DNA of 64,000 nt from Marsupella aquatica. Taxonomy: Eukaryota > Plantae > Marchantiophyta. Each line of letters opens with the position of its first letter. The first letter of the stretch is position 1. Location of the stretch: the NCBI GenBank assembly GCA_973895155.1, contig OZ316893.1, positions 4,578,977-4,642,976 of the forward strand, written 5' to 3'. A program made the translations under genes and the position numbers. The notes under the pieces are model-generated. The model was not told where the DNA came from. It worked only from the letters and a program-made list of their open reading frames with translations, and made no database searches. Shown in pieces: positions 38,201-48,609 of the stretch.

Positions 38201-39695
38201 GCTGTATCTTTGAAGTAGGATAATGAATTGGGAAAGTACCTGCTTCTGCTGGTACTGCTACTGGTACCTCTACTATAGCTGGAACACCAGGATAATAAAT
38301 TGGGAAAGTACCTGCTTCTGCTGGTGCTGCTACTGGTACCTCTACTATAGCTGGAACACCAGAAACTGGCGGTAACTCTGAAATTGGGCTACGTTGTGAT
38401 GCCTCTGCATCATAACCTGCATGTACCCTGGCACCAAGACCTACCAGAACCTCACAACATCTCTCGTCACCTCCACTCTCACCTTCTCCACTCGATGTCT
38501 CACTGCCAACTTGTTCTGAATGCAACCCAACCTGCCTTTCCAATTCTAGTATGCGGACTCTCTGTCTGTCGTTTTCTTTCATCAAATCGAGGACCAATTT
38601 TTTATGATTCTCCACTGCTTCTCGTAGCATGTCCGATTTTTCTGCAAGATCAACCTCTAGCGCACGTATGTGCTGTGATAGAACACGCATGCACTCTGGC
38701 ACAGAGGGCGGCGATTTGTGCTCACCCTGAGGACATTTATGTTCATCCTTGGAGAATTGGGGTGCAACCTTCGATGGCTGCCCCTCACCGTCAGATGCAC
38801 CATCCCCTTCCTCATCCTCTCGTGAGCCATCTTCTCCTTCCTCGTCCTCTCGTGATCCGTCATCCCCTTCCTTGTCCTCCTGTGAGCCACTGTCCCCGTC
38901 CTTGTCCTCTTCTGAGCCAGCCTCCCCTTCCTCATCCTCTTGTGAGCCATTGTCCCCTTCCTCCTTGTCGTCCTCCTCATGATCATCTTCGTGTTGTTTG
39001 ACCATAAGCTCCTCCAGCGAATACCCGTAGTGTACAAGAATCTGCGTTATAGCAGTGCCACAGTAGCAAGGAAGTCGTTCGTCTACGACACCATTCTTCG
39101 ATAGGTGTGACTTTAACGTGAGGATCTCACTAGTCAGATTATCGTACACCAAATGTGCCCAATCGGGCTTCACCACGGGAGTTTCAACTCCTCTAAAATG
39201 ATCACGTACCCTAATCGTATCCCACCAATACGCCTAGTATACCCACATGTCTTTTGAGGTGACTTGAGTGGGTTTGCTCTTGCCTAAGAGCAATTCATAA
39301 ATCGCCCTGATTATCCCACACCACTGCATATATGGCGCTGTGATTTTGTCTAGACTGTATGGGTTGCCTTTCATCTTGGCAGAAAACATGGAATTTAGTT
39401 GACCTTGGACCAACCCAGGTTTAAATCGGGCCCATTCTCCAGACGAAAAAGCAAATGCAGCTCGCAATACCTCTCTATTGAATGTGTGAGTTGCACCCCG
39501 GAATGACACACAGTTTTGACCTTGATCATACCCTACTGCAAACTCCTTTACAGCAGGAATTGCAACTATGGGCCAGTTGAGTTCAAAACATGGAACCAAA
39601 CCAGCTTTTCTAGCTAAATTATGGTCTGTAGGGGCCATCCCTAGATAATGTCGTATTACCATCCCCGAGCATGACTTCCAAATCATCTCCGTCAC
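35234..39695 (-). pseudogene. Fusion pseudogene: retroelement-accessory (Transposase_32/PMD-like) domain, acidic and coiled-coil linker, then SNF2-RING-HelicC ATPase (Ris1/FRG-CHR27/28-like)
   Basis: One reading frame from 39695 to 37710, broken only by TAG/TGA stops (39234, 37935, ~37911). Phase-0 intron 37709-37618, then EEACPPPG...LYPHQRIGLAWMLERE...GGMLADDQ|GMGKT, TLVVCPASVVIQW, VVVTTYS, WLRVVLDECH and WCLSGTPI*N. RING motif CxxC...CGHVYCxxC...C..C. HelicC motifs KALVFSQWT, RIDGGM, GLNITEA and DQAVDRSHRIGQTRPV. Frameshift near 37000. Confidence 0.85.
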
Positions 39696-40444
39696 GACTG
39701 TACAAACAAAGCAGGCCTTAGTTGCGCCATTCTAACAATCGATCAATATACTTCATGCGGAATTAAGAACCAAAGGAGTTGAGTGAAAGAGGGGTACATA
39801 TGATCTGTGATATCCTCGTCGCTCTGCATCAACAATGCGACCGGCGCTGGACGATCATGTCGATGAACCATACTTTCACCAATCCTCCAACATCACCCCA
39901 CGCTCGTCGATACTTACTTCCATCGCTAACACCCCAAGTGTTATCCAATGGCAGACTTGTCAGCCACAAAGATTTACGAAACCTACACAATCAAAGACTG
40001 GAGCTCAGGAGCTCGCACCATTGCCCAAAGCTTATAAGGAATTCCTCATAGGGCGTTCATGTGCGCAGTGGCATGCATCATTTAGTCACTGTAGTTTTAG
40101 TAGTAGATCTCACAACAAAGATTCTGTCTCCGATCGGTGGCACCACCCTTTCACTCCCCCAACGTACATTTTATCACGTTCCCAAGTAACCTGGTAATAC
40201 CCATCCATTATGTCACGTCCGACCCAGAATCCAACGATATTCGTGACCCGTGCCGTCCCCGATCATACCCCGTGCGAAGCACCATAGTGTCACCATCACA
40301 TGCTCACGTCTGACTTGCATCTCACACATCCTACGGTCTGCATCCTGGTCAGTATTCAGTTATTGACAAAACGGCGCCTCTCAAGTGTTGTCATATCCCA
40401 TAGTATCTTTCTTTTTGTCGTACTTGGGACTTTCCATGGTATTA

Positions 40445-43400
40445 CTATACGGTATTCCACCGTACAGGGATACCATGGTGAAGTTCAATTGCACGAAAAT
40501 CAAGCCTCAACGCACCTAATCTTTGAAAGGTGATGTGTTCATCAATTTGTGATGCTGCCTTGTAGATTGGGCAACTTGACCGAGAACCCTGTACAGACAA
40601 CCAGCTCACACCAACCTTCCCGAGGTCCTTCTCAGTATCATTTGCATTGTGCGATTCTGCCATGTCATCCCCTCCCTCCTCCTCCTCCTCCTCCTCCCCG
40701 TCAGAAGCACCGTCCACTCCTACATCCCCCGCTTTCATTTCCGTTGCCGCATCGCGCCTGGGAAGGAGGACTTCCCTTACAACACACAGGTCAGGGACGG
40801 AAAGTGAGTCCGATATTGCAATCATTATGTCCCCTACCTCTGGGAAAGGAGGGCAGTTTGCAATTGTGGTAGGGAGTTCCCGTACTAAAGTATCTCCAAT
40901 CTCCAAGGCTACAACCTCCCTCCCGCCTCTTCGAATTGGGAAGAACTTGTGTAGAATTCTTGACATAGGCCTACAGTTGTTGCCATGTGCGTGATATACT
41001 TTTGGTTCCAAAAGAGTAAACAGGGAATACTCATCTCGTTCCCAAGACAGTAAATTTTGCCGAGGATCCTGTGTATACTGTTGTTTATACCAATCTGCCT
41101 CAAAGAATATGTCCATGTGGCCATCGAATTCGTGCATGAAAATCTTTTGGAGTACTACTTTCCAGTTTTGAGGATGTGAAGCATCTGTACTCCCATCTAC
41201 CAGTACAACAACGTGATCGCCAGGCCTGTACACTTCAGCTCTCCACACAGTTGATCGCAATGGAGTGCAAGATTCACTAATTTTGTGGTCCTCACTGATG
41301 TTGAATACTCCAACATCTGTCCAATGCTGCTTCAATGACATCCTGGCGGACAGCCCCAGTTTCTTTGTCAGCTTCCTGTTTGAGCCTATGCCAACCCCTT
41401 TGCTCAACAACATGTGCTTGCAACCATATGACTCCACAGAGGATATCATACTATCCCACAATTCCATCGCTAGAATTTGACTTGAAACTATTGGCACCGA
41501 ATTCCCGTGCCAGTGTGGGCATTCAGATGGTGGTATAGTGACTCTGCACCTGTGCTCCTTACGATGCTCCGCAGGGACACGCAGGGACGCATGAACTTTC
41601 TCCAAAGCCCTCTGATGAGGGAAAAGTCCATCATCATCTTCCCAAATGTACGACGATATTTCTGTGAAAAAGCGTCGTGCAAAATGAAGAGAATAAGTGA
41701 CTTCCTGGTCCTTCTGATTTGTTCTAGTGCGTCCATAGTCTGATACCATCCTCTCAAAGCGGTAGCACCAATAAACATAGTGTGGGCCATGTCGTTCTAT
41801 CCCATCAAATATCTCTCCGCTCCCTAAAAATTGGGATCAAAACACATTGGGATTAGAACATCACCTCAGTGCAATGATGGATCGACCAACAATGAATACC
41901 CACTGTCATCATGGTCATGTAGCAAGTGTAAACAAAATGACTCACCAGCAACATGCTCTAGAATTGCTCCATTTGGGCCCCAAGCTCGGGGGTCTCACTA
42001 TATGGGGACCTCCCCATCACCTGCGACGTTTTTAGGCCTCGAACCCCCTCAAATATAAGAAAAAAAAATTCCAAAATTTGGATTAAAAAGACCCTAATAT
42101 TCTTATAAGTCTCCAAATTGAATTTAAAAGACCCTATTGTTCTTCTGCAAAAAATTTTAAGTCTTCCCTTAGAACCAATAAAATGACCCTATCCTTCGTC
42201 GCACGTGATATGCCATTTTTGTGGAAGTGAAACCCCCGAGGGCCCAAGCCTCTTCTGAGCGAACTCTCCAAGAAGCCAATAGAGACCTGCCTTTTTTCAA
42301 TGTGGCTGTAGTCCAACCCTCTTGTCTACTTCTGATATAAAAGAGGCGTGCAATCTCTACCAAAAGAATCCCAAGCGTCCCAAGGTCAGAGTGGACACTA
42401 ATGTCCATCTGTTGGAGGATATGAGGCAGACAATACAATATGAATCGCGTGAACTCTTCAGCCTTGAAGTATCCCAATCTTTCAAAAGGTTGTTTAGGCC
42501 ACCTTCCATCAAAACCTCTCGGTTTCCTAGCAGTAACCTCCTCCAGAGCATCTTCAAACTGTTTTTGATGTTGACGGGGAACACTCGAAACTAGAAGCTC
42601 GCAGTATTTCTTGAAAAGGCACAAGGCAAGGATATGCATTGTATCATACACCAGATCCTTGCTCAAACAAAATCCAGTAAGCTCATGTAGTTGCCAAGCC
42701 CTGGTCATGTTTGAAATCCCGCACTCCCTGCTTATCTTCATCCTCTCTGCAATTGTTCCTGCCCTGGTCATGTTCCTGGCCACCTCCCTCACCTCTTCAA
42801 TATTCCGTGTAGGTTGTGGATATCTCATCTGCATCCTATTGTTGTCATACACAGCCCTTCCCAGAAAACCTCGGGGTTGTGATTGGTCAGTCTCCTTTCG
42901 AGGATGATCAAACTTGCACTTCATCCATCGAGTGCTCATTTTACAATTCCTACAAGCGAAATAACCTGTAACATTCCAGCCCCCAAATTTACATTGTGCG
43001 GGATGATCTCCAGTGAAAACTGCTAACAGTGCTCGTAGCACACACCTGGAGTCATTCGGTACATTATCCTCTTCAGCCAATAATTCCATAGGGTAATTGT
43101 AATCCACCTCTATCCCATCCACAAACAACTCCTCCAGTTCTCTTATGAATGGTTCTAAGCATCCAAGCATTTCAGCTTTTTTTTTCCTACGTCGTCATCA
43201 TCACATGGCGGGATAAAAAGAACAGGGATAGGTGGAATTTTGGTTTGAGACCCGGCGCTTAAAACTTGGACCTCTACAGTCCAGGTGCTTTTGTGGGCAG
43301 TCTTGGTAGACTGAAATCCATCCCAGTGTGCCATGAGTGCAATATTTCGGGGATCACCCTGCATGCGGTGGGTCACACTAGTTAGACAAAAGTTACTCTA

Positions 43401-44616
43401 TCATAACCCATAAATACCCTAAAAATACCCATACCATACCCTGGTCATACAAAAGTGCGCAACAACAGTAACACAAGAAGAAATCACTAACCTTTGCAAA
43501 TTGTTTCGGGGCCGTGACTCGAGATCTGCAATCTGAGCATTGGAAGTCGTATTGTTTGCTGACATTATCCCAATTGGCAGTATCCAACAACTCAGGACAT
43601 TTATTTGGTGTTGTTGAATAGCAAGCATAACAGTTTCGGCATAACACGGGAATCTTAAACTGTGTGCTAGTGTCCCAAAAGTAGGATAGCTCGGAAGCAC
43701 GGTAGCCGTCCCACCATTCCTTGTACACAGGTCTGGGCATGGAATCCTTCTTAAACCACTTATCTTTGTCCCTCCACATTGCCTGGAACTCATGACAAAC
43801 AGATCGACTGCTACATAACTTCCGCAACATGGGACCAATGGGAAAATATTCAAACCGGAGCATCTCCTTGCGAGCCGTGCTGCAACCATCCAATGGGCAA
43901 CGTTCCAAACAATGCAAACAATCCCTGGCTAGATGCCACTTCGTCCCTGCAATTGAACAACTGCACTTCAATCCAGTTTGGACATTGTAGTCATCTTGGT
44001 GCAACGGCGGTAGGACTACGGGAGCATGCCAGTTTGGCTTCTGTCCAATACACATTCTCCACCACTGCGTTTTTGGCATACCATATGCCTCAAACGTGCC
44101 ACACAAACCCTTGAATGATGACAATGCATCAATTCCATGGCGTCCTCCGTCCCACGTCACACCAGCGTGCCTCAGGAGTGCGCCCAGTCCTACATTTGCC
44201 ATGTCGGATGGAGGGTCGGGTGAAGGTGTCAAATTTGTAGATGGGGGAATCTGAATCTTCCCGAATAGCATTTTCAAAATGCTATCCTGCAATGCCTGAG
44301 GCATTTTAGCCTCGTCAAGCATTGATTGTAATCTCCAAGTCTGTCGATAAATTGCTTCGTCCATGGTCAGTATTCTTCAAGGCATTATGTGGATACCATA
44401 CTGCATGGGAAGCGTCTGACCAATCCCATCAACATCCAGGTCCTGCAAATCGTTTCTTCCAACGTCATCATTCCTATCTCCTCCTGTAAGTGCCCTGTAC
44501 AACAAAGTTGGGGCCGTATATCTGTGTTTTTGTCGGGACATTTGAACACCTAAGAAGCTGGCAGAATGACCGTCTTGATGCGATAGGCCATGGCCATCCG
44601 GATGCCCACAGTCCAC
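40445..44616 (-). pseudogene. Divergent CMC/EnSpm-like DDE transposase with a BAH-like C-terminal region; disrupted
   Basis: Motifs YFPIGPMLRKL, EWWDG, DPRNIALMAHWDGF, LEPFIRELEELFVDG, GDHPAQCK.GG...ACRNC, DTMHIL, FKAEEF and HGPHYVYWCYRFER. The C-terminal part reads YRPGDHVVV...W...LQKIF...FFEADWY. Lesions are a frameshift in the A-run at ~43177-43185, a stop at 44377 and the MITE insertion. Confidence 0.85.
41985..42240. mobile_element. 256-bp MITE with 15-bp TIR and 8-bp TSD, inserted in the transposase exon
   Basis: TIRs ctcgggggtctcact / agtgaaacccccgag. Flanks gccccaag (41977-41984) and ggcccaag (42241-42248). Removing it restores RSEEAWGPNGAILEHVAG. Confidence 0.9.
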
Positions 44617-46632
44617 TAAAAACTTTGCAGGAATGACCCTGCCTGTCTTGTCATAGTTTATGTTGTCTTCGATTCCTTGGGCTCACAAAATCATACCCAT
44701 CCTGTAAGCGCAAACATTTGTACTGACAGGTGCATTGTTCCTTCGGTTCTGGCGTCATGGTGCACACTGCCATTCCTGTGTACAAAATATTCCAACGAAG
44801 TCGATTCAGAATTCCTCAGGAGGTGGATGTGTGCGGTGGGATTGTCGGAAGGACGATTGGAGAAGTTCATTATTATGTTGAATACTGTGCATAATTAGGT
44901 GGGGCCCACGACATTCATGACTCCGGGAAAGCATTCAAACGTCCTTGTTGCATGTGAGCGAATGTGCTAGGTGGGAAACCTTATCATTGACCCTGCAAGC
45001 CCGGGGCCACTGCCTCTAATCCCTCTAAGGCAGTCACTCACCATGTTGAATTCATGCTTATGCTATTCAAATTTGAAGTTCATGTGTATGGTTTTCTTTC
45101 TTGGGCAGCTTACTCCGGGAGTTTATTGACATATTTGGTTCAAAGTGCATGTTTATTATTATTGTTGGGACATTGAAATTGTTGTTGGGCCCTGTCTAGG
45201 TCTTTATTTATTTTGTATCCGACCCATCCTTTCTTACAATATGGTCTATGTAAATAGAATTGTCATCCAAACTTTTTAATGGCATTCCAGTTCACCAAAT
45301 GCATACCAGCTGGTTATAGGGGCTGGCCACGACATCAGCCATCTCAAATGTCACAAGATTAGTGTCACACATACTAATTATTGTGTGACCCTGAAATACC
45401 CTGCTGCCTCAATCTTACGTGCTCATGTCAATTTGTTTTGGGGTTAAGGACCCCCAATGTACCATTTGAAAATAGGTCATTGGTTGATACCCCCTTCTTA
45501 AATGAAGATAGAGTAATGGCGCAATATATTGAAGTTTAAATAAGTAATGTAGACTATGGAATATTCCTCTAGGGATATAGTGTAGCCTAATATTCCCTTT
45601 GTTAATTCATTTTAGTACTAGTTTGTTTACCTTCATGAAGTCTATAAGCTACCAGAGTTTTAGACAAATTAACACACGAAGAACAATAATTTTCTAGTAC
45701 TAATTTACAAAAGGATCTAATGTGATAGGATAAGTAATGTTTTTACATGCATAACAAGGCATTTTTAATGCATCAAACGATATACATGGGGGGGGTTTGT
45801 TCTCAGGGGGGTTCACTTAATGTAGCAAAAGAGGGAGGGCCGAGGGATTCTACTTTGATTTTGATTTTATAATTACGTACATAATCCGCTTTTCAATTCG
45901 TCAAACTTTAATAAAGTTTGAAATGTAATTGAGCTTCATTGTAAAATGTTAAGTTACACACATCAATTCAGAGTCTATCGGCTTGTCACCAAAAGTAATC
46001 TAACTTACTTGAATATAGAATGGCATGTATTTACTCTCGATCACTTCTTATATAGTGTCACACTTGTTAATGATGGTCAACCTTCAAAATCCTTAGATTA
46101 CGGATTATTAATCCTTAAATTACCCTTCCATTGACATATCATACTAGCTAGCCTTCACTACCTGTTCTTTGCACAAACATGAATAGAGGATAGTACGTAT
46201 AAATCATGACAAATGGCATACATGCTTATTATTTGACATACTGGTCATGAGTTTTCTCATCCACATGATGAGCCATGGAGTTCCAGTTTAATTAAGAGGT
46301 TTCACTCGATCTACCTTGTAGTTGGCGCTTTATAAGTTCTATTGTTAAGGGACTTAGACAATTGGTACCTACCTAGCTACCTCCCAAGTTCACCTTAGGA
46401 TCACGGAACTTGTTATACATGCATCTGCGAACATGCATGTTTGATTTAATCACTCTCTCAAAAAGGAATAGGAAGGTCACAAAACCCACCAATCATTTAT
46501 TGACATGTGGCAACCAATGAATTGTGTGATGAAAAGTGGGACTTTTTGAATTGTTACCCCCTTACTTCATCCCTACTTCTAAGCACTTCCTTACAAATTA
46601 ATAATGACTGAAACGCCCCATACTTTGCATGG

Positions 46633-46910
46633 TGCACATGATGTGAACATTTAATTTGTGGAAGTGACCCGCACCCCCACCCACCCTGAGCTACCTCCAT
46701 ACTTCATCCTTAAATTAATTAACCTTCCACATATGCATGCATGCATATATGTGCGCAAGTCTTAGGGTTTAGGGTTTAGGGTTAGGGTAATGAATAAAAG
46801 GCCCCTTACTTCGATCATTTGCACATGATGTGAACATTTAATGGGTGGAAGTGACCCGCACCCCCACCCACCCTGAGCTACCTCCATGTTTCATCCTTAA
46901 ATTAATTAAT
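46633..46910. repeat. ~90-bp direct repeat pair flanking a short telomere-like (TTTAGGG/TTAGGG) tract
   Basis: tgcacatgatgtgaacatttaa...cacccccacccaccctgagctacctccat...aaattaattaa at ~46633 and ~46820. ttagggtttagggtttagggttaggg at 46762-46787. Confidence 0.8.
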
Positions 46911-47904
46911 ACGCCTGCCTAGCTGTATGTTTGGTCGCGTTTCACAGGACTTGGCAAGGAAATGATAATCATTTCCAATCTTATTTTTATGTTTCTCATA
47001 TTTATGTAATAATATATACTAAGTGCGTGATGACCCCCCCCCCCCCCCCTAAAGAAAAGAAAATAGAGTTTTAAAAAGCAAAATGACCCCTGCCTCACCC
47101 AATGCTTTTGTGTCCCTCCTCTTCAAAAACCCTTATAACTTCACCTTAAAAGCAGGAAAATGTGTTAAAAACTCTCCCCTTGTAAGTCATCATGATGTGA
47201 CATAAAGTGTGCCAATGGTCCATATAACCGGCAATATAAGGCAATATAAGGGCCTAGATCCAACATTTGAAACATGTGGCACATGGCACTGACAAAGTAT
47301 TGTAGACATTATTATGGGCCCTGTTTTAGGCCCCTCATCACAAGTTCAGCCATATAGCAACCTCTATAAGATTCAATGTATGTAAGGAAAGCTCCCACAA
47401 GTTCAGCCAATGCCTTCAGAAAATGAAAACTCAGATTTATGTTAGGGGAAGGGTGAGAAATTTAGAACGGAAGGAGACAAAGTCTTTTTTTATTTGATTT
47501 ATTTTTCCGCATATTTACTCCATTAAAACGTGCCCAAGTACACGAAGTGTCCGCCATGTCTCCCAAGAGAAAAACTCCGCGTCTCTCTAAAATGAACGTC
47601 TCCAAAGCTCCGCTTCTGTAAAGTCAACGTCCCCGCAAAATCAACGTCTCCCAAAACTCGGCCCTAAACTCCGGGTCTCCCTTCTGGATCCTCTACTTGC
47701 ATTCACTTTGCGCCCCACGATAATATACTTATCTAGTGACAACTCTGCACAATTTGTCGAGTGTTCTGCAGTCAGGCTTGTCATTTGATTCGCAACCATT
47801 GTAGATCGGTATTCGTCCCTTCCTGAGTAGTGCTTGCGCCCGGCTGAGTGCCTGCCCTTTGCCACTATTGTTTGGATTTCTGCTGGGCGGCTCTTTTCAG
47901 AGAC

Positions 47905-48609
47905 ATGGCCACACTCAAAGATGTCGTTGGCTGCTGCAATGCTGGAGAAACGAGGACCTTCCCATCGATGAGGGTTTTTGTGGTCAATTTTGATGCTCCA
48001 ATCAATTTTCCACGGAAGTTTCTATACCATGGATGCACTTGCTTTGTGACACTTGGGTGGATGTGTAATCACACTGTTGAAGGGTCAAGTCGATGTCCCC
48101 ATAATTCGGTTGCTGCTGGGACCTGGACAGAAAGGTATCATTTTGAGGTGTTCCTGGTTGACTCTACTATCGGGCCACACTTCCCTCTAGTGCGAGCTAA
48201 GATTTTTGATGCAGTGACTGATCTCATAGGGATGCCTCCGCAGGATTTTAGCGAGAAGGAAGACTTTGTCCAGTTTGCTACTGTCCATAGAGCTACAGCA
48301 AAGATGGAATGTGTGGACGTAGTGATCCGCTGCAAAGACGGTGAGGCCATTATTAATTCCTTGTCACCTGTAAGCGATGACGACTGTGAGATCTTGCATT
48401 CTGTGGTGCCTACTTCTGTCACTCCACGGAAGACGAAGTTGAAGATGGACAGTGTACCTTCAAGTTATCATATTGCACGAGGGAGGCATACAGCAGAATC
48501 TTCAAGATCATCTATTAATGCTTCAGACCCGGCCACGGCGTCGCAGCTTAGTTCTGTTAGATGTAGATTGCAGGACCTGCTTGATAGTTTGGATGCAACT
48601 CATATTTGA
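47905..48609 (+). CDS. RPA1 DBD-C-like (Rep_fac-A_C) zinc-binding OB-fold protein
   Basis: FLYHGC...C.H.V....RCPH...ERYHFEVFLVDST...AKIFDAVTDLIGM follows the F.Y..C..C...C..RY.....D.T...FD....LIG pattern. Acceptor at 47900 and ATG at 47905. The ORF is open. Confidence 0.7.
   Translation: MATLKDVVGCCNAGETRTFPSMRVFVVNFDAPINFPRKFLYHGCTCFVTLGWMCNHTVEGSSRCPHNSVAAGTWTERYHFEVFLVDSTIGPHFPLVRAKIFDAVTDLIGMPPQDFSEKEDFVQFATVHRATAKMECVDVVIRCKDGEAIINSLSPVSDDDCEILHSVVPTSVTPRKTKLKMDSVPSSYHIARGRHTAESSRSSINASDPATASQLSSVRCRLQDLLDSLDATHI

Noticed and set aside
46762-46787. Telomere or chromosome fusion site
   Set aside because: Only four units, embedded in a TE spacer.
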